This document shows positions 1 to 13,400 of a DNA stretch of 64,000 bases, piece by piece. The notes under the pieces are model-generated. The model saw only the letters and a list, made by a program, of their open reading frames with translations. It did no database searches and was not told the DNA's origin. How positions within the stretch are numbered: position 1 is the stretch's first letter; the number at the start of each line of letters is the position of its first letter. Origin of the DNA: Podarcis liolepis (taxonomy: Eukaryota); the NCBI GenBank assembly GCA_965112155.1, contig OZ218098.1; one strand, written 5' to 3'. The position numbers were made by a program, and so were the translations under genes.

Positions 1-589
1 CCAATGGTCAGGGAAGATGGGAGTTGTAGTCTGGCAATAAATAGCAATAATGTTATTATGTTCACTCCTGTGCTTGGTGCTGGCAGACAAGCTGGGCTGA
101 GGGCCAAGCTGGATGTTACACAGCAGATGCATATGAGAATCTTCCAGACTTGGGGTATTGTTTTGTTTTGTTAAAAAGAAAAATAAAGGTAGCTTCAGGA
201 CACGGAGAATAGCAACAATGAGCCCAGCTCTATGGTGTATCATCCACAGGCATCTGCCAGGATCTCACTGCCCTGGCAGGGGCCACCAACAATGGCTGCC
301 CAAGACCCAACCCTTTAAATGTTTTTCCCCTAAGCTGTTACTATTTCAATTTATCAAATCTTCTCCATCATAACACAGCTCCAGGGGGTTGTGTAAAATT
401 TAAACGGCGTTTGGCTGGTGCTGAACAGAGGAGTGCACTGGAACCAGGTTGCTACCTAAAGGCCCACTTTTGTAGGCGGCTGCCCTCTGCACCAGCACTA
501 GGTTCCTAATCCAAATCCTACCCCCCACTTGATATGTACTATATTTATTCTTAATTGCAATAAATCAGATAGTGGATCTCATAAAAAAG

Positions 590-800
590 AGCATGTGTAG
601 TGTAGTGCCTATAATGTTGGACTAGGACATGGGAAACCAGGAATCAAATCCTTACTTAGCCATGAAGCTCACTGGGTGCTAGGCAGCAACCCTCAGCCTA
701 ACCTACCTCACAGGGTTGTGGTGAAGATAATAATATGGGTAGGAAGCAAACAGTGTGTGCCAGCTTGGGCTCTTTGGAGGAAAGGTGGGCTATCTATGTC
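590..800 (+). mobile_element. Old tRNA-derived SINE (MIR/Squam-like)
   Basis: Degenerate A/B boxes and CTCAGCCTAACCTACCTCACAGGGTTGT core; similar fragments at ~12270-12400 and ~19350-19430 (minus). Confidence 0.6.
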
Positions 801-1071
801 GCAGATAATATAAATGATGCAGTAATAAAATTAATAATAAAATTCTGTGCAGTTGTTCATATGTAACAGTCTGCCAGGCAACTGTGCCACCCCCAGTTTG
901 AACACACTGCCCAATGCCTTACCTTCTGCAGACTGTCTTAAATTTTCAACAAAATCTTCAGGTGAATTCTTCTGACTGCACAGGCAAGCTACTATTCCAG
1001 TGAGTTCCGGATGGGGGAGAACCCCCCCCCCCCGCTATTAGGTATTTGGGTTCCAAACCATTTAAGGCTGC

Positions 1072-1300
1072 AAAGGTAAGTAAGGTAAAGGGACCCCTGA
1101 GCATTAGGTCCAGTCATGGCCGACTCTGGGGTTGCGGTGCTCATCTCGCTTTATTGGCCAAGGGAGCTGGCGTACAGCTTCCGGGTCATGTGGCCAGCAT
1201 GACTAAGCCACTTCTGGCGAACCAGAGCAGCACACAGAAACACTGTTTACCTTCCCGCTGGAGCGGTACCTATTTATCTACTTGCACTTTGACATGCCTT
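1072..1300 (-). mobile_element. Sauria SINE, 5'-truncated
   Basis: (ACCTTT)-like tail and body matching the other four copies. Confidence 0.85.
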
Positions 1301-1888
1301 CATTAATGCCTAATGAATAGGAAGGAGCAGGCAGTGTACATTCCAAGAACCAGGAGGGACCACTAGGGAATGGAGGGAACCCTCTGTTCAAAGGCAGGAC
1401 CACCCACTCGCCAGTTCTGATATATTCATTTCATTATATAGTCCTCAGTGACGCGCTACAAGCTGTACCACAAAAAGATGGAGCAGAAAGAGACTCTCAC
1501 AAGCCAAGTCTCTAGTGCACAGGTAGCCAATCCATAGGACACACCCAACCCTTCCTCTTGTACTGTGTGACCTGCTAGTTGCTCACTAGTTGCCTCTATG
1601 GTTTGGTGTCATGTCTAAACTTGGGAACAGTGGCTTATTTTGCTCCAAAGATATCATGATCTGAAGCCAAGCTTCATTCTTGGCTTAACTATAGTGGTTT
1701 GGTTGAGCAAAACGAACAATGATTGACCAGCAGGGCACAACGCTAAGCCAAATTTCATGGCTTGTTGTTCCTGTTTGTGGAGCGGGGGGGGGGGGAGTGA
1801 AGTGGAGGCAATCTGTGCATTCACACTAAACCATTAGGCATAGCTTATCAATACATGCAAACTCTCTCAAAATTTCAGAATAGTCATA

Positions 1889-2462
1889 CAGTGGTACCTC
1901 AGGTTAAGTACAGTGGTACCTCGCAAGACGAATGCCTCGCAAGACGAAAAACGCGCAAGACGAAAGAGTTTTCCGTTTTTTGAGTCATTCCGCAAGACGA
2001 ATTTCCCTATGGGCTTGCTTCGCAAGACGAAACGTCTTGCGAGTTCTTGCGAGTTTGTTTCCTTTTTCTTAAAGCCGCTAAGCCGTTAATAGCCGCTAAG
2101 CCGTTAATAGCCGCTAAGCGGCTAAGCCGTTAATAGCCGCTAAGCCGCTAAGCCGCTAATAGCCGTGCTTCGTAAGACGAAAAACCGCAAGATGAAGAGA
2201 CTCGCGGAACGGATTAATTTCGTCTTGCGAGGCACCACTGTACTTAATTTGTTCCAGAGGTCCGTTCTTAACCTGAAACTGTTCTTAACCTGAAGCATCA
2301 CTTTAGCTAATGGGGCCTCCTGGTGCTGTCGCGCCGCCGGAGCACGATTTCTGTTCTCATCCTGAAGCAAAGTTCTTAACCTGAAGCACTATTTCTGGGT
2401 TAGCGGAGTCTGTAACCTGAAGCGTATGTAACCAGAAGCGTATGCAACCTGAGGTACCACTG
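1889..2462. mobile_element. Tc1/mariner (Tigger-like) MITE, CAGTGGTACCTC TIR family, interrupted by a nested MITE
   Basis: TA|CAGTGGTACCTC...GAGGTACCACTG|TA; body matches copies at 6854, 30959 and 60033. Confidence 0.88.
1911..2240. mobile_element. Nested Tigger-like MITE with CGCAAGACGAA motifs and a TAAGCCGC/TAATAGCCGC array
   Basis: TIRs CAGTGGTACCTCGCAAGACGA / TCGTCTTGCGAGGCACCACTG; TA duplicated at 1909-1910 and 2241-2242. Confidence 0.88.
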
Positions 2463-3234
2463 TATTCTCTCTTTCTTTCTCTTAGCTGGCAGTCCTGGCT
2501 AAAGAAACTCCAGTACGTCTCCTTATCTGCAGAATAATCTTCACCAATACTGGTGTATTGTGCAAGCTTCCATGGCATGCCTGCCTCACCCCACACCAGA
2601 CATTAACTTTTAACAAAAGTGATGCAAATACGATCAATGCACCTAGTCCTGCCCAAAGCAAACAGCAAAGAGGACAAGCTTCTCAAAAGAAACAGTTTGG
2701 AAAAGAGGACTTGCTGGTGGCATGTGAATTGATCTGTCTGCACTATTCACTTGGAAGGTTTCTCATCGGCTACATGTTGCGCTATCATTATCCTATACGC
2801 AGAACCTAAATATCCCCCATCACAATGCACAGCAGGCAGGGGGCCCAGCCCTTCAAGAGGCAATGATCAAATCAAAAATGCATGTGGTGGAGGGTTGCAT
2901 TTGATTAGCTAAAGCACGGGGTGTGTAAAGGGTAATAGGAGGGTGCTGAAACAAGCTTTCCTGTGTTTTAAGTATACAGTAATGCCATTTCAATTATATA
3001 TAAAGATTTTTTCAGAACCAGTTCTGGCCACAGCCCAATTATGTGCTGAATCAACCCAATGTGTCTGGTAGGTGCTAGTATAGAACATGATTATTCAGAT
3101 TTTAAAATTTAATTTTTATTTTAGATGTTTTAAAATGTCGTGGGTTTGGTTTTTTGTTTTTGTTTTTTTGTTATCCCTCCCCCCTCTTGCTCCCATTATG
3201 TGTTGAATGGCAATAGCTCTATGTAGCATTTGAC

Positions 3235-3471
3235 TTGCAAGATCAGGTTTAAGGTGCTGGTTTTAACCTTTAAAGCCCTATAAGGCCTAGGACCCTTGTA
3301 CCTATGGGACCGCCTCTTCTGGTATGCCCCACGGAGGACCTTACAGTCTGCTAACAACCACACCTTGAAGATCCCGGGCCCCAGGGAAATTAGACTGGCC
3401 TTGACTAGAGCCAGGGCCATTTTGGCTGTGGCCCCAGCCTGGTGGAATGCTCTCCCACAAGAAACCAGGGC
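3235..3471 (+). mobile_element. L2-clade LINE 3' fragment
   Basis: FKVLVLTFKAL*GLGPLYLWDRL...RTLQSA...RAILAVAPAWWNALP. Confidence 0.75.
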
Positions 3472-4305
3472 AGGATACAAATAAATTATTATTATTAGTA
3501 GTATTATTCTAGACAGCCACTACTAAGACTGTGGCTGCCACCATATTGGATCCCACAGATCTACACATTCAATTTGAAACAAGCGCATATGCATGCAACA
3601 TGATAATGTGAATGCTCCCTCGGCGGTCCTTCCTTTGTGGATGCAATGCTGCTGTGACAAACTCCACCTATGTATATCCATGCCACAGGGGCGTACACTG
3701 AGCATGCGTATGACAGGGCTGGTGCTCCTTGCCTACACACGTTCAGCAGCATAACCTTGACACACAGCCCACAAACATGGATAGCCTCTATGCTGGTGTC
3801 ACACTAAATGTGTGCAGGCAGTGTGATGTAAGGTTTAACCCTGTTTCCTGTGAATTTGTATTTAGAGTGTGCCACTTCTAGGAGCAGCTTCCCCCACCCC
3901 TCCATCCCATAATGCAACTTCTCCCGGTACGGCTGAGAGAGAGCCCTGTGTGAAATCCTGGAGAGTCCACCCTGGCTCATGTCAGAACGACATCTTCCAT
4001 CATTCCTGACCACTGGCCACGCTAACTAGGACTGACGGAACTGGTGGGAGTCCAACAAAACTGAAGGGTACCATGTTGGCTACCTGTCTCTTATTTGGAG
4101 CAGGGGTGGCATTCAGGGGTGGGATTTTAGGCATACCAGCCTACCTAGTTATTATTTAGGTGCAGGGATTTGACCATTTACTTGTTTTAAGGGAAAACTA
4201 TATAAATATACAAAAAATGACATTTCAGTTACTTTTTAAAAAATTATAGCCCAAAGATCGTATCATACACACAGCATGCGTCAGTTTTCAGTTTTTGTTA
4301 CTCAA

Positions 4306-4823
4306 AGAATCATAGAATTGTAGAGTTGGAAGGGACCCAAGGGTCATCTAGTCCAACCCCCTGCAATGCAGGAACCTCAGCTAAAGCATCCATGACAGAT
4401 GACCATCCAACCTCTGCTTAAAGACCTCCAAGGAAGGAGAGAGCAAAACCTTGCAAAGGAGTCTCTGTTCCACTGTCAAAAGGCTCACTGTCAGAAAGTT
4501 CTTCCTGATGTTTAGTCAGAAGCTCCACCTTCCATATTTGAAGATGGCTATCATATCTCCTCTCAGTCTCCTCTTTTCCAGGCTAAACATACCCAGCTCC
4601 CTCAACCATTCCTCATAAGGCTTGCTTTCCAGACCCTTGATCATCTTGGTTGCCCTCCTCTGCACAGGTTCCAGCTTGTCAACATCCTTCTTATATTGTG
4701 GTGCCCGGAATTGGACACAGTATTCCAGGTGTGGTCTGACCAAGGCAGAATAAAGGGATACTATTACTTTTCTTGATCTGGACACTATACATCTGTTAAC
4801 GCAGCCTAGAATAGCATTAGCTG
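4306..4823 (-). mobile_element. CR1 LINE 3' fragment (ORF2 C-terminus and 3' UTR)
   Basis: [10 protein letters not shown]...[16 protein letters not shown]...[13 protein letters not shown]...[23 protein letters not shown]; ATTCTATGATTCT tail. Confidence 0.93.
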
Positions 4824-6853
4824 CAAAAAATAATGTTTCTTTGGCTTGCTTCTTGGCCTGTGTGTGGAATGCTGAATGAAGGGCCATGAGGAAAATGACC
4901 CTACCTTCTTCATGAGTCAGAATTCCAACTGATTCAGACCAAGCAAGCAGTGTAGTTGTTTCACCGAAGCCCCAAACTACGTTCCCATTGTCCCGAATAG
5001 GGAAAGAAGTGCAGCAGAGGTGCACGTTTAACTGCCTGACATCTCTTCACATGACTAACATGTGAAGGAGGCTCTTAGAAGGCAACTTGGTGAGTTCAAC
5101 TCCAGCAGTTCTTACTCAAATAAAGCCATCACTATGATTAATGGCATTCTCAAATGCCCTGCTTTACAATTCATATCTCCTTTCTCTTCAGAACAGCCCT
5201 GTGAGGGCCAATGACCTTCACAGCTGTGCTGAGATGTGTCCCTGAAAATAGTGCTCTATGCACTGTACCACAAATCCTGCGATGAGCGTGGCACTCCACA
5301 GGGTTCACTAAACCCCCCTCCCAGCCTCCTTTCCTGAAATAGAAAGTTTTGCTGCTGGATTCAAATCTCAGGCGAAGGGAAACTGAGGTGGGGGAAGAGT
5401 GGAATAAGGACAGCCTTGCTCACATCTGTGTGTTCAGGTGTTAAATTGCACCGAACAATAAAATCTGAGAAGTTAAAAGCAGTTGGATATCTTCCTGCAC
5501 TCAGAGAGAGCAAGTTTCCACCTTAAATACATTAAATTGTACAGCAGCANNNNNNNNNNNNNNNNNNNNNNNNNNNNNNNNNNNNNNNNNNNNNNNNNNN
5601 NNNNNNNNNNNNNNNNNNNNNNNNNNNNNNNNNNNNNNNNNNNNNNNNNNNNNNNNNNNNNNNNNNNNNNNNNNNNNNNNNNNNNNNNNNNNNNNNNNNN
5701 NNNNNNNNNNNNNNCGCGCTAAGCGGGTCACATGTTGTGTCTTTCAGCCATATTTAGGTCACAGGGTGTTCCTCCCCCCCTTTATTTTTGGAGGGGGCAG
5801 ATAGGAACAGTCTAGCTGCTCACAAAGGCAAGGGGCACGACGAACCCTTTAATGCAGGTACTCGGTGTCCGTAAAAAGAAGCACGCACACAAACACACAC
5901 CAATTGCCGCTCAGATCCGTGATGCACAAACAGAAGGCAGGGAGCTGGATACGCTGAAAACTGTACGGAAACGCTATGAGCCTGCAAATACTGCACCGCA
6001 CCCTATTAAAAATAAATAGACGTACAAATAAAGAACCTGCCCATGATGCCAAAACAATACCCTACACAAACACTGTGTAATAGAATGAAATAACGTTACC
6101 CTCCCACCTCCCTCTCTTTCTCCCCTCTCTTTTCGCCCAACTGCATGATACCTAGAGCGATGTGTCCCGTACAAAAAGTAAACGAACTGTAAAAAAGGAC
6201 TATGAATCAAAACCGGAGATGCTGTACATACTCTTCGCTGTTTGTTTTGCAACACAAAAAAATCTTCAGTAAAAACTAATTAGAAAGTAAATAAATAAGC
6301 TGTTCCCTATTCTGTTGTGCAAAATGAGAGCTCTCCTCCTCACACACACCCAGCTCATATTCCCTCTGTGAGTGCTTAGCTGGCCTGTAAGAGAACAGAA
6401 AAGAAAGGGATACCTAAAATAACAAGCTCTTCCACCTCCACCCAAATTTAACTCTCCCCCCACACCCGACATGTATAACTTTAGAAAGAAAGAATACATG
6501 TATTCAAATCAGGACACCTTCCTATATTTCAGGCCCAGATAGATGTCCCTCCTTAATGACGCTGATACACTTCAGTGATGGAAGAATAGAACCTCTGAGC
6601 CACTGCTTATATTAGAATTTGTTCTACTTGTCATTAAAGTGGGCCTGATGCAGATGCACAAACCTTGGGGAGAGCAGCGCCAGCTGCAGGATGAGCCCTT
6701 TGGGATAAGCAAACTTTCAAAGAGAATCGAGCCCAGGAACAACTGGTTCCTTTTGTTTAAAGGAGAAGGTGTCTATGCCGCGTGCAAATTGGCTAGGTCC
6801 ACTGACACTGATAAAGTCACCTCCTTCATTTTCCAGTCTAACAATGCAGAGTA

Positions 6854-7095
6854 CAGTGGTACCTCGGGTTACATACGCTTCAGGTTACATATGCTTCAGG
6901 TTACAGACTCTACTAACCCAGAAATAGTGCTTCAGGTTAAGAACTTTGCTTCAGGATGAGAACAGAAATCGTGCTCCAGTGGCACAGCAGCAGCGGGAGG
7001 CCCCATTAGCTAAAGTGGTGCTTCAGGTTAAGAACAGCTTCAGGTTAAGAACAGACCTCAAGAACAAATTAAGTTCTTAACCCGAGGTACCACTG
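6854..7095. mobile_element. Tigger-like MITE (CAGTGGTACCTC family)
   Basis: TIRs CAGTGGTACCTCGGGTTA / TAACCCGAGGTACCACTG, TA flanks. Confidence 0.9.
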
Positions 7096-7629
7096 TACTG
7101 ATTTTCTGGTGCTTGCGACAAGCCCTCCCATGCTCAGAATTTGAGGGCGGAGGGGTTCTTAAAAAATGAAAGAGATGGGGGGGTTTCTGGTGGGGAGAGT
7201 GCAACCACATAAACATTTATATGGATAAACATTGAAATTGATAAATATACCTGGAACTTGGGGCAGAGGATAAGAAAAAAAACCCTGCTTGTAGCATGTG
7301 GGAGGACAAAAGCAGGTGTGTGCCTGGAAGCACAGCAGAAAAACAACAACAACTATTGGTGGTAGATATGTTGATCTTGGGCTAATGACTGCAACTGACA
7401 GATATCCATTGCATTCACACATTCCATTTTTAAAGGGAAGTACAAAGGCTTCACCCACACAATGGTAAGCCATGACCTAAAACAAACCATGGTTTACTGT
7501 CAATGAGCTGCATTCCCGTGCACACTGCTCAGTCATACCTGCCCCTCTTCCCCCTGTGCTGTATCAAGACGGAACAAAGCAGAGTGCAGCCTTAGTGCTA
7601 TAGTATTTGTTGCAATAGTTTGTTTGAAC

Positions 7630-7775
7630 CAGTGGCGTAGCGTGGGTTGTCAGCACCCGGGGCAAGGCAAGTAATTTGCGCCCCCTAACCCGTGGATTTG
7701 CGCCCCCTAACCCTAACCCCCAGATGTTGCGCCCGGTGCGGCCGGCCCCCCCTGCACCCCCACGCTACGCCACTG
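7630..7775. mobile_element. Young hAT MITE, 146 bp
   Basis: Perfect 17-bp TIR CAGTGGCGTAGCGTGGG; perfect TSD GTTTGAAC (7622-7629, 7776-7783). Confidence 0.92.
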
Positions 7776-8864
7776 GTTTGAACCAAACCAAACCATGAAC
7801 ATTGGTCCATGTGTAATGCTAAGCCAGTGAATTTGTTTGTTTCCTCCCACAGCAGCAAAGGGAGGAGAGAGGTGGATATGACTGAACTGCATGAAACAGA
7901 ATGCTGCTTGTTCACAGTAATCCATAGTTTATGGTTTACTATTACATGAAAACCAGGTCAATGTATGAAGAAACACTTATTAGTCATTGCCACAGTGATA
8001 GATGAGAGAAAAACCTTCATTAACAATCCCCCCCATACTTGTCCGTCTACTCTAATTTTATTTTTTATATTTCACCTATGAAAAAGTTTTTTTAAAAAAA
8101 TAAATAAATCCCTGTGTTGTTTTCAAAATAAGTTGAATAGGCTTTTAAAATACAGTGTACTCGCCTGTATCTTGACCAACATAAGCAATTTCAGTTTGAC
8201 ATCAATTAGCAAGTTGCNNNNNNNNNNNNNNNNNNNNNNNNNNNNNNNNNNNNNNNNNNNNNNNNNNNNNNNNNNNNNNNNNNNNNNNNNNNNNNNNNNN
8301 NNNNNNNNNNNNNNNNNNNNNNNNNNNNNNNNNNNNNNNNNNNNNNNNNNNNNNNNNNNNNNNNNNNNNNNNNNNNNNNNNNNNNNNNNNNNNNNNNNNN
8401 NNNNNNNNNNNNNNNNNNNNNNNNNNNNNCAGGCTTCTGAGGTCAAAATTGGCACCCTTTCCTATTTGTTATTGGGAGATCATAGCACATGAGTTCGTAA
8501 AAACAGTGACATGTGCCTAAGCTCAGTTTGCAAAGTAATTTAGAGAGGGTGGGCACTTAATGGAACGCCACTCCATGCTCTCTCATAAATAAAGGTCGTG
8601 CGAGCCCTTTTCTCATGAAGACCTGTTATCACTTCCACATATTCTCTTTGGGATGAATTGAGAGGTGCAGGTCTCCAGTTAGAAAGGAGTATTTGTTTTT
8701 GTAAAGGTTTAGATGGATCAATAAACTATTGATGGGGGATAGGGCAAGAGTGGATCCTTTGATTTGTTTAGTTGTGTTGAGAGCAGGAGAATTCTGGTCA
8801 GTTCCTGGCCCACTCGAGACTGCTGACTACAACCCAGTCCTGACCTTGCATTTATGGTGGCACT

Positions 8865-9022
8865 CAGTGGCAGGGGCATGGCACACACCCTGGGGGCATG
8901 GCACGCCATCTGCGGGGACGTGGCGCCCAGCGCGGGTTGTGGGACAGCCACAATGGCACCCCACCAGGATCACAGTGCCATGGGTGGTGCGCTCCCCCCA
9001 CACCCCTCTTCCTCCGCCAGTG
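8865..9022. mobile_element. Degenerate hAT MITE
   Basis: CAGTGGCAGGGG ... CCTCCGCCAGTG; flanks GTGGCACT / GTGGCACC (7/8). Confidence 0.65.
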
Positions 9023-9221
9023 GTGGCACCTCCTATACTTCACAGCTTTGGAACTCTAACCATGAGGATGACTAGTGGTGTGTAGCCTCTAGCCACATGG
9101 TGCACGAACTGGTCGACATTCAAGAAAGCAGAAAATAGTTGCAATTACTCAGAAGAAGAGTGCCGAAAACCAGTTTTTATACCCAAAACTGTCTCTATCA
9201 CGTGGATAGCTTTCCAAATCA

Positions 9222-9222
9222 C

Positions 9223-9282
<60 letters not shown>

Positions 9283-9309
9283 AAAGAAAAGAAAAGAAAG
9301 AAAGAAAGA
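9222..9309. repeat. (AAAG)n microsatellite
   Basis: Direct reading. Confidence 0.95.
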
Positions 9310-9411
9310 CTGATGGCCAATATAGTTGTACAGTGAAGAAGGGAGAAGATTATCAGCATGTCCCACCTTACAGTCTTCTCAGACAGCAAACAAATATATA
9401 AACTTTATGTT

Positions 9412-9757
9412 AAAGGTAAAGGTAAAGGGACCCCTGACCATTAGGTCCAGTTGCGGATGACTCTGGGGTTGTGGGGCTCATCTCGCTTTATTGGCTGAGG
9501 GAGCCAGCGTACAGCTTCCGAGTCATGTGGCCAGCATGACTAAGCCACTTCTGGTGAACCAGAGCAAGTGCACGGAAAAGCTGCTTACCTTCTCGCTGGA
9601 GCTGTACCTATTTATCTACTTGCACTTTGAAGGACTTTCGAACTGCTAGGTGGGCAGGAGCTGGAACCGAGCAAAGGGAGCTCACCCCGTTGTGGGGATT
9701 TGAACTGCTGACCTTCTGATCGGCAAGCCCAAGAGGCTCAGTGGTTTAGACCACAGT
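9412..9757 (-). mobile_element. Sauria SINE
   Basis: (ACCTTT)n tail, tRNA-like head, family body. Confidence 0.9.
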
Positions 9758-10319
9758 AGCTCTAATTTATACAGGATGGGCATATGACTGAGCCTTTCAC
9801 TATTACTGCCCTTCCTCCTCATACTACAGGGGTGGGAACCTTTTGGGCTCCACAGACCAGATCATTATTAAAGCTGGCCTGGTGGCCAAACTTGACAGGA
9901 GAGTGGGACTGACCACCTATCAATCACCTGACTTCACCAATTAAGGTGAGGAAAACATGGAGGCAGTCAGTTAAAAAAAGGTTGAAAGGCAATGGAATTT
10001 TATGCCTGCGCTTAAAAGGAACAACCTTTCACTTGGAAAAGTTAAGGAGGTCATCAGGTCAGTGAAGATTAACCTGTGGCCCTCTAGATGTTGTTGGACT
10101 CTAGCTCTCATCAGCATGGCCAGGGGAATTGAAATCAGGAATATCTGGAGGGCTGCATGTCGCTACCCCCATAGCCCACCATATATATGTTGCCAGAGTG
10201 AAGTGAAGGGAGCAAGCAGATAACGCACAACTTTACGACCCCAATTGCTGGTTTTCTGGTTACTTGAGGGAAAATTTATCACATACTAATTACAACTGTA
10301 TGACAGTTGTCATTTAGGG

Positions 10320-10443
10320 TAGGGTTGCCATACGTCCAGTATTCAGACCACGTAACCGGGGGAAATTTCGAAAACTTTATGCAAAACTTTAAAAAGCTCA
10401 ACAACTTTTCTGTCTGGATTTTTTCACTTTTTGAAATATGCTA
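10320..10443. mobile_element. hAT MITE fragment (TAGGGTTGCCA terminus)
   Basis: Starts TAGGGTTGCCATACGTCC, similar to the terminus of 44714-45414; right end degenerate. Confidence 0.5.
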
Positions 10444-13400
10444 GGGATAAATATGGGCTGAGATCCTGAGCCTGCTCAATTGTAATAATTAACACCATCA
10501 AAAACAATAGTTACCTCAGAGAAAATACATTTAGGATGTGTTAATATGAAATATTTTTCTCTCAGAAGGCTACCCAGAAATTCATTTTGCCTGTTGTCTG
10601 GCCTTTTTCTCGCCCCCGCTTTCCCCCCCCTTTTCTTGTTGTGGTGCCACCACTATCTATGACAGGAGGAAGGAAATAAGCTACACTGAGGCAATGTGAA
10701 ATCGGTTGTTAGGGCTGGCCCTCGTGCTTGAAAATATATCAGAGATGAAATTAAATGCATGATTTGAGAGTGACCAAAAGTTGGAGATGATCCCTAGTAA
10801 TATTGGATCATGCCACTGCTAATATATCCAAATTAATTAACAGAAAGTGAATCTGATTTATCAAACTACCATGCAGAACTCAATCAATGACTGTGCAATG
10901 GTAGGTTCTGCGCTGGATAATATTTCCTTTGAAATGTTTTCTAAAAATAAAAATAAATCTGCATCCGGAAGCTTCTCCAAAACATTCGTGCAGGAGTGCC
11001 CGTATTTGGTAGAAGCACCCAGGAGGAGGAAAAGTTTCTAAATGCGATGGGCTGCACTGTGTTGCGATGCCAAGGACATGTGTTCACGTCTGCTTCAAAA
11101 CGGTGCCCCTGTGCATAGGTGACTGGTGTGCCTCTTGGAGCCATTTCCTGTGTCGTTTCCACCCATTTAGTGCAATGTCTGAAGTAATTTGTTTTACGCC
11201 ATGACACAGATCCTGCATTAAAGCGATCGCTGCCAGGAGTCCCCACGACTGTAAACTCTTTTTATGGACCAAATGTTTTGGGTCAACACTTATGACAAAA
11301 GCTCCTTGTACAGTATATTGCTCAGCAAAGTGTCCCGCCACTGCAGGCATTTAGTATTCGGTCTGCTGCTTAGGTTGCTATTGCAATCCAATGTTCCCAT
11401 TTGTTTAGTAAAGCAGCACTAATCAAAGATAATGCCCCTGGGCTGCCCATGCCTCATGGAGTTTTAGGACAAAGCCTAGAGCTGCCTTCGTTCTAAGCAT
11501 AGGACACAACAGGGAAAGCCCAACCTCGCAAGATGTGCGGCAAGGCTCCTCCTGGTTCACTGGTGCACGGATTAACAAAGGGCTTTGCATGCCAAGGCTC
11601 TGTCAAGATGGTCGGAAAGCAGCAATAGGAGGAGCGTATTTTCCCTTAAACACTCCTGCGGCATGCTGGCCCTAAATCAGCCTGGGTAGCTTGATGTGAA
11701 TGAGCAGGGGCATGGGCTTCCCTGAGTTTGTTCCTAAAAGCAGCCACTTCCGCCTTGTCCTGTTTAAGTAGCAACATTGGTCTGTACATCTGCACTGTAC
11801 ATTTAAAGCAGTATCACACACCACTTAAAAAAGTCATGGCTTCCCTAAATATAAGTTTGTTGTGGTTGCTGAGAATTGTGAGGAGAAGGCCCCTACAATT
11901 CCCAGAGTGATTTAAACAACCAAGCCCTTTCCCCGGGTAACTCTGGGAGTGGTAGCTCTGTGAGGGAAATAAGGATCTCCACTCCTAATGACTCTCAGCA
12001 CCCTTAACAGTTCATAGGTTTCCTTCCGGTTTAAAGTGGGGTGATACTGCTCTAAATGTGCAGTGCGGTTGGGGCCAATATGTTCTGGCAGCTGAGGTGA
12101 AATGCCCCATTGCCCCCATGATGGAGGAGGGCATGAGGAGGAGCCCTTGCCAGGCCTTGTGAGTCTGCTAGGCTGGACATAAAACACACAGAGCTTTGCT
12201 GCTGTTCCCTCTCTGCCCCTAGGGGTGGGGGAGACTGACAGCAAAGCTGATCGGTGGAATATTAATTACTATTAATATTATATCCCACCTTTACCTCAAG
12301 GTGGTTCTCTTTATCTCCATTTTATCCTCACAACAACCCTGTGCAGTTGGTTAGGCTGAGAAACACTGACTGAATGTCACCCAGTGAGTTTCATGGCTGA
12401 GCAGCACCAATAAAAACAAATGCATTTCCCCCCTTAAAACACATTTATGGGAGCCTCGTTCATTGGTGGTTCCAGGCAACTGAGATCTCCCAAGCCATTT
12501 AGCTTTCGCATGTGTGTGCAACCAAACTCTTAAGTGCTGCTAACTCCATATCCAACCTCCATTTTGGCTCCATACTTGCTGTTACATCAAATCCTTCCCG
12601 CTCTATATTTTGGCATTCGTCCACCAACAGCTATTTCCCAGCGCAAACTACCCTTTCGCTTTTTTCTCTCCAGCTGCTTCCTAGCTACCCTCAGGCCTTG
12701 CTCAACGTCTTCTCCATTTCACAACCATGTGGCTCCTTTCTTTAGAAAAAAGCAACCCGTTAAAGGGAAAGTCACAGAGTGGAAACCAAATGAGGGACCA
12801 ATGATGGGAAGGCTTGTGGAAAGCCTTGCCTTGCCCTAGTTATGACTAGTGCCCACTGGGACTGGTAGGGCAGAAGGCAGAGACAATTCCAGGCAGAGCC
12901 ATCCCCAGATTGGTTGTAAGTAAGAAGTTAAGTGGGCAGGGGCTTGTGGAGGCGAGATTGTGAAGTTGGTAGGGCAGTCTCCACTGTGCCTCTCTTCCAC
13001 CCTGGTAGAACAGCAGGAGTTTTAGCATAAGCAGTGTAAACGTAGACAAGAAGTACCTGTAGTAGTGATTACACAGTGATAGTAGCATTCCATTCATAAC
13101 AGAAGCAAGCATCTGATTCTGTACACCAATGATTATGTATCCCACAGAGTGCCATACCTCTCTGTTAAGACATAGCTGCAGGCTTAAATTACAAAGAGGA
13201 TTCTTTCCCCTGTGAAAGAGGCTTCACGTCTCCAAACTGAAGACTTTCATTTTGGGCAAGCTGCCAGAGGAGGGTGCTCTGCTGTTAGCCGAAAACCCTT
13301 CCAAGTAGGATAGACAGAACAAAGAGGAATCCTCTTTACCTTATTGTGACAAGTGCCTCTTTTTCCCCCCTCTGCCCCATTCTGTCACTTCCCTGTTCTT

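Noticed and set aside
5550-8429. N-runs as masked coding exons (including RANBP9 exons)
   Set aside because: Immediate flanks lack AG/GT or CT/AC boundaries; nothing can be read from N
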